Notes: generated by a model from the letters alone, not told the origin. Positions 33,247 through 43,479 are shown, counted from the first letter of the stretch. The stretch is 55,098 nucleotides of DNA from Candidatus Thalassarchaeaceae archaeon (GCA_030751995.1 JASMFB010000002.1:1-55098); one strand, 5' to 3'. Translations and numbers: made by a program.

Positions 33247-34383
33247 TCACCTGTCAGTTTCTCCAATACAAGGGTCAAATGAGCCCATGATTGCAGGGAT
33301 GTCTGCAATCTTGTAGCCAATCATGCACTTGGCAGCGTAGGGGATTGTGATGAACATCGGACTGCGGATGGAAACGCGGTAGGGGTGTTTTCCACGTCCT
33401 TCACCACCGCCTGCGAGGTAGAACATCGACTCTCCGCGACTGTCCTCGAAATGATGGTGGCCAGTTTGGCCCTCAGCAGCGCGTGCAGGCGCTTTGGCGA
33501 GGATTGCTGGGTCGCCCGGCTCATGATAGGTTTCAGAACCGCCGGGCATCTTGTCAAGACCGTCGAGAATCATCAAGGCGCTCTGGCGCATTTCCTCAAC
33601 ACGAACTCGATATCGGTCGTAGCAATCGCTACCCTTGATGGAGGGGCGTTCGACCGAAGGTTCCCAATCCAATTCATCGTACACAGAGTATGGGTGTGCC
33701 CATCGAACGTCGTAATTATGACCCGCTGCGCGGACATTGGGGCCGCTGACACCGTGATTGATCATCTCCTCTGCCTTGGCATAACCAACGCCTTGCGTGC
33801 GAACTAGGAAGATGGTGCTCTCATCCAGCAGGGCTTCGTATTCCTGGATACGGTCTAGGAATAGTTTGAGTTTAGCACGGCAGCGCATGGCGAATCCTAT
33901 GGGTAAATCACGCTTGACGCCACCCACGCGAGGGAAATTATAGTGCATTCGAGAACCGCCGAGTTCCTGCATAAGATCCATCATCATCTCACGCTCGCGG
34001 AGGCACCAAACCATGCCCGTCAAATTGCCAACATCGGGGCAGTACGCACCCAACCACATCAGGTGACTGGCGATGCGTTGCAGTTCTACGGCAACCATTC
34101 GAATGTATTCTGCGCGTTCGGGCACTTCGACCTCAAGCAAATCTTCAGCCGCGTAGATGTAAGCATGTGACCAGGTATTGGCGCTGGCATAACAGAGGCG
34201 GTCACAATACGGAATAATCTGAGTGAAATCACGGGCCTCGCAAATCTTCTCGACGCCGCGGTGGATGTAACCTAGATCCGGTTCAGTATCGACAACCGTC
34301 TCGCCGTCGATCTTGACCTTGAGGGTCCACAATCCATGCGTCATGGGGTGTTGGGGGCCCATGGAAATCCACATTTCTGCCAT
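33247..34383 (-). CDS. nuoD: Complex I subunit D
   Basis: MGPQHPMTHGLWTLKVKIDGE...HRGVEK...DRLCYASA, ending DPCIGETDR. TAATG overlap with nuoC. Confidence 0.95.
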   Translation of the reverse strand: MAEMWISMGPQHPMTHGLWTLKVKIDGETVVDTEPDLGYIHRGVEKICEARDFTQIIPYCDRLCYASANTWSHAYIYAAEDLLEVEVPERAEYIRMVAVELQRIASHLMWLGAYCPDVGNLTGMVWCLREREMMMDLMQELGGSRMHYNFPRVGGVKRDLPIGFAMRCRAKLKLFLDRIQEYEALLDESTIFLVRTQGVGYAKAEEMINHGVSGPNVRAAGHNYDVRWAHPYSVYDELDWEPSVERPSIKGSDCYDRYRVRVEEMRQSALMILDGLDKMPGGSETYHEPGDPAILAKAPARAAEGQTGHHHFEDSRGESMFYLAGGGEGRGKHPYRVSIRSPMFITIPYAAKCMIGYKIADIPAIMGSFDPCIGETDR

Positions 34384-35042
34384 TACTTCACCCTCCCAGA
34401 ATCTTCGGGCTTTCTTCCAAAGCCCTGCGGATCGTCATACATCTCATTGAATTCTTGGTAACGCAACTTGTGCTGCTTCTGTAGTGGGTGATAGCCAGTT
34501 GGAGAATCGTGTGGAAGGAGTACGCGACGCATCCCTACATGGCCTTCGAAATCGATACCAACAAGATCCCAAGTCTCTTTCTCGTTCCAATCCGCACCGA
34601 CCCAGATGTCTGCTACACTGGGAACACAGGGCTCACGGGTGTCGGGGATTGTCATTGAAATCTCAAATTCCATGGGAACCGAGTTGCCTGAGAGAGCACC
34701 CACATCGACCTTGGTTTCATGGACGCGCTTATTGACAACCGGCGGGTTGACAACTCCAGTTCGCAGGAGATGTACAACAACTTGCCAGGCTGCATCGGCA
34801 TTTTCGGGCCAATGTATGCCAGTGACCATCGAACAGTAATCTACACTCTTGGATTTCTTCAGCCACAGAGCTAGTTCGCGCCATTCGCTGGCAACAACTT
34901 CGATGTAGACGTAGGCGTGCTTGCGGCGGCCCCCTGTATGGTGGCGTACTTCTGCGTTGACAGCATCACCAAAATCAGAAACATCGTTGACGAGTTCAGT
35001 CGCCGCGGAGAGAACTTGTTCTGCTGTGATTTCCTTTGCCAT
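34383..35042 (-). CDS. nuoC: Complex I subunit C
   Basis: WNEKETWDLVGIDFEGHVGMRRVLLP is the NuoC 30-kDa subunit signature. Confidence 0.9.
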   Translation of the reverse strand: MAKEITAEQVLSAATELVNDVSDFGDAVNAEVRHHTGGRRKHAYVYIEVVASEWRELALWLKKSKSVDYCSMVTGIHWPENADAAWQVVVHLLRTGVVNPPVVNKRVHETKVDVGALSGNSVPMEFEISMTIPDTREPCVPSVADIWVGADWNEKETWDLVGIDFEGHVGMRRVLLPHDSPTGYHPLQKQHKLRYQEFNEMYDDPQGFGRKPEDSGRVK

Positions 35043-35051
35043 CTCAACCCC

Positions 35052-35645
35052 TCAGTCATCGGCGACGATGATTGGTGTACCGCGCGCTTCGGTCTCCCCA
35101 CTCGGTACTGCACCGATGCGGATAATTTTCTCACGCAACTTCCCGAACCCATCGATTAGGGCCTCGGGTCGTGGTGGACAACCTGGAATGTAAACATCTA
35201 CCGGAATCACCGTGTCAACACCTTCGAGGATGTTGTAAGACTGAAAGTATGGTCCGCCTGAAATCGCGCATTCGCCCATGGCGATGCACCACTTGGGTTC
35301 TGGCATCTGCTCCCACAATCGAACGATGGGATCGGCGAACTTCTTGGAAATTGGGCCATTGACTAGCAATACATCGCATTGACGTGGGCTGCTACGGAAT
35401 ACTACACCAAAACTCTCAGCATCGAATCGTGGTGCACCTGCTGCGGCCATTTCTAGAGCACAGCACTTGATTCCTAGGTGGAGTGGGAACAGGGATTTTC
35501 GTTGCGCCCAATTCAGGAAGCGCCCACCGAGTACACCGATGAAATCCTTCATGCGCGAAGCTTCCAGCGCCTTGTCGTTGAGGTCGCCAATCATGTCGAG
35601 TAGGCCCCGACTGCTGAACGCGGTGTAATTCTGTCCTTCATCCAT
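35052..35645 (-). CDS. nuoB: Complex I subunit B
   Basis: GIKCCALEM, AMGECAISGG and PGCPPRPE (N2 cluster ligands). The ATG at 35645 is preceded by GAGGTGAT. The track start at 35690 would overlap nuoA by 35 nt. Confidence 0.92.
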   Translation of the reverse strand: MDEGQNYTAFSSRGLLDMIGDLNDKALEASRMKDFIGVLGGRFLNWAQRKSLFPLHLGIKCCALEMAAAGAPRFDAESFGVVFRSSPRQCDVLLVNGPISKKFADPIVRLWEQMPEPKWCIAMGECAISGGPYFQSYNILEGVDTVIPVDVYIPGCPPRPEALIDGFGKLREKIIRIGAVPSGETEARGTPIIVADD

Positions 35646-35655
35646 CACAATCACC

Positions 35656-36126
35656 TCAGATGTAGATTCGTCCTCTCTTTCTGAAAACATACCAAACGCC
35701 CAAGCCCATCAGGCCAAGGAAGACAAGGAGTGTGACCAAAGCACCCGTGGCGGCCTCAACGCTGCCATCCGCCCCGGGAGCGGCTGTGTGGTCGGCATTC
35801 ATGGCAACGATGCCGGCAAATGCGAGGAACATGAATGCAATGTCAAAGACGAGGAATATGATGGCATACCAATAGTACTGGAAATGGAAATCGATCATCG
35901 CGTCTCCGACCGGGTCTGCGCCGCACTCATAGGTACTCAAACGGCGAACATACAGGGATTGGTCTGACTCGTATCCATCAAGTAGGAAACTGCGAAGTTT
36001 CGTTGGATCATTTGGGTCTGGCATCGGACGTAAAAACCGAGAAAGAACGAAGCCACCGAGGGGAAATCCTATGCCAACAATGGTCATCAAAGCCAGCGAG
36101 AGATAGGCTGCTGAAACAGAGGGCAT
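35656..36126 (-). CDS. nuoA: Complex I subunit A
   Basis: A 156-aa, 3-TM protein with YECGADPVGDAMIDFHFQYYWYAIIFLVFDIAFMFL. It is the first gene of the operon. Confidence 0.88.
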   Translation of the reverse strand: MPSVSAAYLSLALMTIVGIGFPLGGFVLSRFLRPMPDPNDPTKLRSFLLDGYESDQSLYVRRLSTYECGADPVGDAMIDFHFQYYWYAIIFLVFDIAFMFLAFAGIVAMNADHTAAPGADGSVEAATGALVTLLVFLGLMGLGVWYVFRKRGRIYI

Positions 36127-36134
36127 ATTGGAGC

Positions 36135-36162
36135 CTCAAGGGAACCCATAGGGTTCCTTGAG
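36135..36162 (-). terminator. Imperfect 12-bp stem-loop (CTCAAGGGAACCC-ATA-GGGTTCCTTGAG) between the surface operon and nuoA
   Basis: 7 bp, a 1-nt bulge, then 5 bp. It starts 62 nt after the stop of the 912-aa gene and ends 9 nt before the nuoA ATG. Confidence 0.45.
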
Positions 36163-36223
36163 CCCTTCGACTCAAAGAGGCATCATAAGCATATCCAGCG
36201 AGCCATCGGCCGAGAGAGCAGAC

Positions 36224-38962
36224 TCACAGACCGATACTACGACGGCGGTTGCGCCAAATCGTTGTCAATATTGTGACGCCGAGAACGCTGATGACCGACC
36301 AAGATACGATGTTCCAAGTCTCTGAGGACAAACCGAATACACTGTCGTCGAGAATGGACCGGACGGTCATATCCACAGGTTGTGCAGCCACAGGTGCACT
36401 CTCTGGGGTGACGATGAGGGTGAATTCAAATTCATCCTCTACAGGCATCTGAACAGGGGGTTTGACTCGAACTCGAATCGTCGATGATTCCCCTGGCTGT
36501 AGCAGCAGATCGGTTTGCTCGATATCGATGGTCCAGCCCCTCAATCCTTCAGTCGATGAAATTTCAATTTGTTCTTCGATGTTGCCACTGTTGGTAATCT
36601 GTACCATGAAATCGGTGAATTCCGGATGGGTTGTATTCTGTATTGCGCCACCTTCAACCATGACATCTAGATCGTGTACAGTGGCGATTGAGACCACGAT
36701 GTCCACACAAGAAGGTGAGGCTGTGTTTCGCATCGATGCGGCACATACACGTACCACACCAGCTTCTCCGTTCATACTCTGATCCATGCCCATTACTGAG
36801 AGTGTGATATTGGCGTAATATGTTCGTGAATCGTCAGGGAGTGTGAATACACCCGGTGCCAATTCTTCTGTGTCCGCACTTAGCGATGTTGAAATCGTTG
36901 AATCCATTCCTTCGATGGTGAATAGAGCCTGTTCGACATAAGGTGATGTTCCGATATCGCTGAAGAGCATTGCAACTGTCGTCTGACCGCCGGGTGGCAT
37001 GGTGATGCTCATGGAATCAGGCGCCCCTTGTGGGTCAGCCAAAATCAATTGCATCATGTAATCATAATTTGAGACGCGCGCTGTCACGGTCTTCGTGAAT
37101 TCATTGGATGGAGAGGAAACAATGTTGACTTTCATCTGAACCTGTAGGTAATCGCCCTCATCCTCACTCTGGATGTGTATTCGCAAGTACACCTGTTGTG
37201 ACTGGCCGGCATTCAAGGAAATCTGTGTCACTTCATTGTCTGAATTATCCACATAGATGGATTGCCATGAAGGTGTAGCACAGGAACCTGGCTGATTCGG
37301 GTCACAGGCACGCAATCTGAAAGAATCCTGAACGTTCCCATTGTTGTGAACTGTCAATGGGAAGTCGATTGTCTGGTCGCTCCGTCCGGTTTGATCAGTT
37401 GAGAGGACGGATCCATCAACATCGTGGCGCTCGGCGACAGATACCTGAAGATCATCGGTAATCTCGATGGATGAATCACCACTACTAGTCACGGTGAGGG
37501 TGATGGTTACTGTGTCATCTGCGAGCGCATCTAGCGGAACGAAAACCTCCACGGACACTTGCGTCTGATGATCCTGTTGCGGCTCGTGCTTACCCAACAA
37601 GGACACCGTGGATGAACTCAATGTGACCGTCCACCCACCGGGGACGGGTGTGTGTCCGATGGCAAAGGTGTCAGGGCCATTGCCTTGATTGGTTATTGTC
37701 AACCCAGTAGATTGTGATGTTCCTGGTTCAACATTGTTGAGATAGTTGCTACTGAGGGAAGCTGAACCACCGTATGATTGGCCCACCGTCACTTGAAGAA
37801 TAGCATAACATCGCTCGTTGTTTCCATCCAAGCCACGAATTCTAATCTCGGTGGTACTGTCTGCGGGCATGCTGTCGTCAGGAGAAACGTCGAATGAGAT
37901 GGCAGCCTCTCCATTTCCGTTATCGTAAGGCAAACTTCGCTGACTGACTTCAGGAGTAACCCAGTTGGCTTTCGGGCCAGATTTTCCAAAGCCGACGGTC
38001 CAATCACTGTTGCCCGCATTGGATAGCATGAAATTGCCTGATGAAGAAGCCCCGGGTGCAATTGTCATCGAAGTGGGGGAAACCGTGGCTTCACACTCGT
38101 GAAGTTCTGGTATGTTCAGTGTAACTGAGAGATTGTCTTGTGCTGCATCTGTACCAGGGGGTGGCGCGGGTGCGGTAACGGTTGCACGGGTGATGAAGCA
38201 ATGAGAACCTGCTTCTGTCTGTTCTCCATCTGGAACCTCGACGGTGACCGTAACTGTTTCCTCATCGTCGGCATTCAATTGAACCTGAGTAGGATCTACT
38301 GTGGCCTCCAGGCCATCCGAACGACAACTGGAATCTTCATCCATCTCAATGGATATTGTCTCCTGAGTCTGCCCTGTATTCTTGACTGTGATCGACCATT
38401 CTACCTCTTCGGCACCATTGTCATAATTCTTTGTCGCTTGGCTGGATGTGAGTTCGACACCCTGAGCTGCGTTACCTGAACCCTCGCCAAGGGTGGTTGT
38501 CACGACAACATCCGCTTGAGCCGGTGCGCCCGGTGTTCCAGCCGGCGAGGCTGTTGCAGTCACTGTCGTGTCACATTCATCTGCAGTCTGTTCCCCCTCA
38601 GTCACGTTCACCGTGAGTGTCACTTGCTCGTTGGAATTGGGTGAAATGGTACCCGATACCTGCTCAATCGCACTGGTGTAACCCTGACAACCTCCGGCCT
38701 CTTGGCTGGTCGCCAATTGAACTGTGATGTCCTCATCGCCCGTGTTTCGAACGGTGATCGTATACTCTGCAGGTTCCCCTGGAGATGCCTCCTTAGAGGA
38801 TGAATCAGATGTCAGTGTGACATCGGCTTCGGCAGCAGCAAGTGGGCTTGCAAGCACGAATAACATCAGTGCGACAACCGAAAGGGTGCGTCGACGCGCG
38901 GGTGGGCGCATGAGGGGGCCACGTAGTGGCTCCCTCAAAAGGCCCCCTGCTTCTCGATTCAA
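36224..38962 (-). CDS. Surface protein with ~7 CARDB/NEW3-like beta-sandwich repeats and a C-terminal TM anchor (912 aa)
   Basis: Repeat pattern: AEYTITVRNTGDEDITV, EWSITVKNTGQTQETISI, TGLTITNQGNGPDTFAI, FPLTVHNNGNVQDSF and FMVQITNSGNIEEQIEI. The Arg-rich signal is MRPPARRRTLSVVALMLFVLASPLAAA. The TTG start at 38962 follows the SD GAGGTGA and overlaps the protease stop (TTGA). The alternative ATG is at 38911. Confidence 0.8.
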   Translation of the reverse strand: MNREAGGLLREPLRGPLMRPPARRRTLSVVALMLFVLASPLAAAEADVTLTSDSSSKEASPGEPAEYTITVRNTGDEDITVQLATSQEAGGCQGYTSAIEQVSGTISPNSNEQVTLTVNVTEGEQTADECDTTVTATASPAGTPGAPAQADVVVTTTLGEGSGNAAQGVELTSSQATKNYDNGAEEVEWSITVKNTGQTQETISIEMDEDSSCRSDGLEATVDPTQVQLNADDEETVTVTVEVPDGEQTEAGSHCFITRATVTAPAPPPGTDAAQDNLSVTLNIPELHECEATVSPTSMTIAPGASSSGNFMLSNAGNSDWTVGFGKSGPKANWVTPEVSQRSLPYDNGNGEAAISFDVSPDDSMPADSTTEIRIRGLDGNNERCYAILQVTVGQSYGGSASLSSNYLNNVEPGTSQSTGLTITNQGNGPDTFAIGHTPVPGGWTVTLSSSTVSLLGKHEPQQDHQTQVSVEVFVPLDALADDTVTITLTVTSSGDSSIEITDDLQVSVAERHDVDGSVLSTDQTGRSDQTIDFPLTVHNNGNVQDSFRLRACDPNQPGSCATPSWQSIYVDNSDNEVTQISLNAGQSQQVYLRIHIQSEDEGDYLQVQMKVNIVSSPSNEFTKTVTARVSNYDYMMQLILADPQGAPDSMSITMPPGGQTTVAMLFSDIGTSPYVEQALFTIEGMDSTISTSLSADTEELAPGVFTLPDDSRTYYANITLSVMGMDQSMNGEAGVVRVCAASMRNTASPSCVDIVVSIATVHDLDVMVEGGAIQNTTHPEFTDFMVQITNSGNIEEQIEISSTEGLRGWTIDIEQTDLLLQPGESSTIRVRVKPPVQMPVEDEFEFTLIVTPESAPVAAQPVDMTVRSILDDSVFGLSSETWNIVSWSVISVLGVTILTTIWRNRRRSIGL

Positions 38963-41900
38963 GAATTCACCTCTTCAACGAAGGTACCGACATCTGCTTG
39001 GCAATTACGACATACAACAAGGGCGGCTGCGCTGCACGCAAATCCTGATTGATGATATCGAGCGCCGCAACCGGGACATGCTCGACGGACGCCAGAAATT
39101 GGTTTGTTACAACCCCAACACACAACTTCTGGCGTTGTTTTCTGACTCTGAGGAGGGGGGGTCGCACCGGAGAATGCAGCAGGAGGGGGTGGGGCCAAGG
39201 TTGGAGAGGCCTGATTCCCCTTCAACCGAACGATGAGCATACCGGCAACGACAAGTCCGACCACGATGAATATTAGCAAGAAGACAACTGTCATGGTTGT
39301 CCCACTTCCACCCTCTGTTCCCAGAGATGGATCATTGGCGACATCCAATATTGCGGAATGTGTGGAACCGTGCATATTGGAGTTTTCAAAACTGAGTGAA
39401 ATAAGATTCTCGCCGGGTGAATCGGGCACGATACGGACACGAAGACCCTGTGATTCACCGATGGCCAAATCCACAATATCTGAATCTTCGACTTCAGCGG
39501 TCCATCCTTCGGGGGCCTCGATGATGACACGTTCCTGAACGACGGTGTTACCTACATTCAATATTTCAAAATGCAACAGGGAGGATTGGTCGGCCATTGA
39601 TTCTTCGATTGAAAGAGTCGTCCAGATGACATTGGGTTCTGCCGCGACTGGAATCAGGGCTCCTGCGGAACGCTCGATACCATCAGCATTGATGGTCAAG
39701 CCGATTTCTGGTTGCCAGCCTGCCATGGCAAAGTTGGGTGCAGTGATGATGCAATTGGCTTCTGACGAGCCACCAGCAGCAATCTCTGACACCGGATCAC
39801 AAATCCCTTCCCAAGTGGAATCGGGCAAATCGATACTCAGAACGGGTGTCCAAGCTGAACTCCCATCGTTGATAATCAGCCAGTGGCCTACGAAACCAGG
39901 TGTACCGGTGGGAATTTCTGACAATGCTGCACCCTGTGAATCAGAAATTCCAGTGAATGTCAGAACGGGTTTGGCTTCCTCGACGACATCCAATTGACCT
40001 TCCCACGTAATTCGATAACCGCCCTGTGTTGTCAGATGAAGTGTTAACGAACCCCCCACTGCTAAGCCATTTCCTTCAAGGCCGAGCATATAGGATGCGG
40101 ATTCACCAATCGGGATTGTGATTGAATTTAAGCCAGCGATTACCGACCAACCTCCGGGCCTTGCGTCGACGTTGGGATAGAGTGTCAATTCCGTGTTGCC
40201 TAGATTCGTAATTGTGTATTGAAGGTAAACGGTTGAATCTGGGCGAAGAACGCTTGGAGTGGATTCTGCTTCGATGATTGCGGAATCGAACTCAATGACC
40301 TCCATCTGAATCGAATAGGACCACGATTGAGTGGGGTCAATTTGGGAAGTAACGCGCAGGATTGCCTCCATGTTCTGACCTGCGGGCGGAGGAGTGCCAA
40401 GTTGCGGTGTCACAGTCATTTCGACGGTGCGAGCGCCGTTTAGCGGAATTGCTCCCGTTGAACCAGAAGCGGTGCCTATTGAAGAACCAAGATTGTCTAG
40501 CCCCACCCACCATCCAATGGGCGATTCGATGAACAGATTGTAGCCCTGTGCACCATTACCCTCATTGAGGACATCGACCTCAAACATTGTCGTAGTAGAT
40601 GGATGAACTTGCAAGACCGAGAATGGCGCTTGGAAAGAAATCTCAGGCAAGAGGGGGACATCGAGAGTTAGAGTCAGGGGGAAATCGATGTTGTTGTCAT
40701 CATCGGTCGCTGTGATTGTCAATTGATACAATCCAGGGGCAGGGGATTCATCGTGCACCATCGTGAAACCAAGCGACGATGATTGTGAACCGTTGAGTGC
40801 GAAACTCGTCTGAGTGAAAGATGTGAACCACGCGGTCATCATCTGTCCATTATTGATTCTCATTGGTGTTGATGCACTGATTGATGCATTGGTAGATATG
40901 AGTGCAGTGTTGCGAATTTCCAATTGCCATGAGGTGCTAGTCTGGCTAGCTTCTTCAATCTCTAGGACAGTCTCTGATGTGGAAACACGTACACCGGGAG
41001 CACTGACAGCAACTGGGATTTCGAAGAGATTGTTGTCTTCGTCAATCTCCTCTTCAAGATGGTCGGGATCAATGACGATGGTAATCGCCTGTGTGCCCTC
41101 GTTGATGGGTGTCCAATCCCAAGTTGCCCAGCGAATCATTCCGGGCCCGATATCGATGGTAACTTCACCAAGATTCTGGGTGCCAGCAATAGCTTCGATG
41201 CGAAGACCGTCCGCACTACCGCCACCCTGATTTTCAATCTGAATTGAAATCTGGCAGACTTCGTTCACCTGAGGAATAGAAGTTGACAATTGGAAGGACG
41301 TTGGGATAGGAAGTGGGTCGCTCCTCAAATCATTGACCCCGGCCCCTCGGACTGCGAGAGCGAATGGTTGATCGCTACGCTGTCCACCGTGTGCGACATC
41401 GGTGATTTGAACTGTCCAAACTCCCGAATCTGCTTGATCGATAAGGACGACTTCGACGTTGTTCAAATCATCGGCATCTCCACCTGTAGTCGAACGACCA
41501 TTGGCGAAATCATTGCCCTTGTATATCGTCCCATCAGGCGCAGTGATGACCATATCGAGATTGTTTTGCAATTGTGTGGACGACCATGTGCTGCCTGGAT
41601 AATCAGACCACGTCAGAACGGCTTTGAATGGCGTATTTCCACGACTGAGATTGAATTGGTATTCTCGAGTTTGTCCGCTACGAACCGTGTTGCGATCATC
41701 GACCCAAACACCAGTATCTGTTCCGGGCATGAGGGAATTCGCGAGATTTACCCTGCCCCAGCCCTCATTCATGTTGGGTATATCTCGAGAACCGGTGTCC
41801 TCTGCACCAAGAATGAGCATTCCCTTGATGAGGGCGCCCTGTGGTGAGGGGCGACCTGCCACTTCCATCAGATATTCACGAATGAGAACAGAGGCACCTG

Positions 41901-43479
41901 CTGCATTGGGGGCAGCCATTGAAGTGCCACTGTATTCCAAATACCACTGGCTGGACCAAGTTGCGCCACTCGTATCTGTAGCATCTTGACTGAGGCAAGA
42001 GCGGACCCAAGAGCCTGGTGCGGTGACATCGGGTTTGATGCGACCATCATCGGTAGGCCCCCGACTACTGCCATCAGAGAGAGTGCTTGGAGCGCCACCA
42101 CCGCGATTGTGATGATTGCCCACGGCAACGGCGTTCTTGGCAGTTGCAGGTGGTGTAATCGTATCTGAATCAGGGCCGTCATTGCCAGCAGAAATCAGTA
42201 CGAGCATTCCATTGTAGGACCAAAACTGATCATACTGGTTTGTTCGACTGTCGGTATCCTCACTGCTGGTGGTATATTCACCATAGTAGCCATCCATTCC
42301 CCATGAGTTTGTGTGGATGTAGGAATTGCCTTCGTAGGCCTTTCTGATGAGGGTGTCCATACTGACGCCGCCGAAATTACCGCTGTCATCATCCTCCATT
42401 GCTTGGAATCGTAGACTGGCTTGTGGAGCCACACCTGCATATCCACCCCTGCTGCCGTTGCCCAGAACAGTACAAGCGACATGCGTGCCATGCCCTGAAT
42501 GTTCATCCTCGGTTGAGGAATCACCCCAAATGACAGACTCAACGTGTTGAATGCGACCATCAAAGTCACCGTGATCTCGATCGATCCCTGAATCAGCGAC
42601 AGTGACCGTGTGGCCACTACCATTCAATCCAACGACGAAGTAATTCGAGACATCGTCAGCCCTCATATGACCCACTGCAACGTTATTGTCGATGCTGAAG
42701 ATTGGTTCAAGGCTGAGCCAAGATAGGGCGGGTTCAGCAGCCACCGTGGCAATATCCTCCAGTGAAAGCAGGCCATGATGCCGGCCAGTGTCAATCGGAC
42801 GATATGATGTCAGGTAAGTGGCTGCTGTTTGGTCCAAATCACCCATTAGACCGGGCAATCGAACATGGTCCTGTGGAGTGGAATAATCCGCCAATCTCCA
42901 ACCCGAGAGTTGAACTGCGGTTGAGGGAGGAGCGTCCAGTGGGAGACTAGAGGCTTCAGAGAGAAGGTCACTGACGTGGTGGTCGACCATGAAGGCCAAC
43001 GGAAGTGGGTGAACGGCAGCCACGACGGGTAGTTCGGCAGCTGCAGCGATGGCTTGAGGGTGGCCCTGAATCAGGAAGCCCGATGGAGGAATATGGGCAC
43101 GAATTTCAATGCCTGGTAATTCGGTCAACGCCACACGACCTGGCCATAGACCCACATCTCCATCGATGAGGACCAGAGCGATATCTGTTCGAATTGTGGT
43201 CAAAATCTCGGGAACCTCGGCATCAGATTGCAAACCGTCGATGGTAAACATCCCGATATGGGTGTCAGCGGTGGTTTCCCGAATTTGCTCTTCGCCATCC
43301 CAACTCGCAGAAGGATGTGCGCTTCCAATGCTGTCGGGATCCGGGTGGAGTTCGATTCGTTCAATGCCCGATGCCCCCTCTTCTTCAACTTCGGGAATTG
43401 ATGAAGAAGGGGTCGAAAATGGGGATACTACCGACAGTAATAGGATGCCGAGAATACAGAATACAATTCGATGCCGCAT
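38959..43479 (-). CDS. Subtilisin-like serine protease (peptidase S8) with a long repeat stalk, a TM helix and a cytoplasmic zinc ribbon (~1506 aa)
   Basis: Catalytic motifs in track numbering are VADSGID (D324), HGTHVA (H358), SAGNDG (N461) and GTSMAAP (S548). A P/PPC-like domain is LTWSDYPGS...NNLDMVITAPDG...NNVEVV. Six or more CARDB-like repeats are followed by the TM helix VVFLLIFIVVGLVVAGMLIV and the ribbon CWGCx9CPGC. The ATG at 43479 gives the signal MRHRIVFCILGILLLSVV. Confidence 0.9.
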   Translation of the reverse strand: MRHRIVFCILGILLLSVVSPFSTPSSSIPEVEEEGASGIERIELHPDPDSIGSAHPSASWDGEEQIRETTADTHIGMFTIDGLQSDAEVPEILTTIRTDIALVLIDGDVGLWPGRVALTELPGIEIRAHIPPSGFLIQGHPQAIAAAAELPVVAAVHPLPLAFMVDHHVSDLLSEASSLPLDAPPSTAVQLSGWRLADYSTPQDHVRLPGLMGDLDQTAATYLTSYRPIDTGRHHGLLSLEDIATVAAEPALSWLSLEPIFSIDNNVAVGHMRADDVSNYFVVGLNGSGHTVTVADSGIDRDHGDFDGRIQHVESVIWGDSSTEDEHSGHGTHVACTVLGNGSRGGYAGVAPQASLRFQAMEDDDSGNFGGVSMDTLIRKAYEGNSYIHTNSWGMDGYYGEYTTSSEDTDSRTNQYDQFWSYNGMLVLISAGNDGPDSDTITPPATAKNAVAVGNHHNRGGGAPSTLSDGSSRGPTDDGRIKPDVTAPGSWVRSCLSQDATDTSGATWSSQWYLEYSGTSMAAPNAAGASVLIREYLMEVAGRPSPQGALIKGMLILGAEDTGSRDIPNMNEGWGRVNLANSLMPGTDTGVWVDDRNTVRSGQTREYQFNLSRGNTPFKAVLTWSDYPGSTWSSTQLQNNLDMVITAPDGTIYKGNDFANGRSTTGGDADDLNNVEVVLIDQADSGVWTVQITDVAHGGQRSDQPFALAVRGAGVNDLRSDPLPIPTSFQLSTSIPQVNEVCQISIQIENQGGGSADGLRIEAIAGTQNLGEVTIDIGPGMIRWATWDWTPINEGTQAITIVIDPDHLEEEIDEDNNLFEIPVAVSAPGVRVSTSETVLEIEEASQTSTSWQLEIRNTALISTNASISASTPMRINNGQMMTAWFTSFTQTSFALNGSQSSSLGFTMVHDESPAPGLYQLTITATDDDNNIDFPLTLTLDVPLLPEISFQAPFSVLQVHPSTTTMFEVDVLNEGNGAQGYNLFIESPIGWWVGLDNLGSSIGTASGSTGAIPLNGARTVEMTVTPQLGTPPPAGQNMEAILRVTSQIDPTQSWSYSIQMEVIEFDSAIIEAESTPSVLRPDSTVYLQYTITNLGNTELTLYPNVDARPGGWSVIAGLNSITIPIGESASYMLGLEGNGLAVGGSLTLHLTTQGGYRITWEGQLDVVEEAKPVLTFTGISDSQGAALSEIPTGTPGFVGHWLIINDGSSAWTPVLSIDLPDSTWEGICDPVSEIAAGGSSEANCIITAPNFAMAGWQPEIGLTINADGIERSAGALIPVAAEPNVIWTTLSIEESMADQSSLLHFEILNVGNTVVQERVIIEAPEGWTAEVEDSDIVDLAIGESQGLRVRIVPDSPGENLISLSFENSNMHGSTHSAILDVANDPSLGTEGGSGTTMTVVFLLIFIVVGLVVAGMLIVRLKGNQASPTLAPPPPAAFSGATPPPQSQKTTPEVVCWGCNKPISGVRRACPGCGARYHQSGFACSAAALVVCRNCQADVGTFVEEVNS

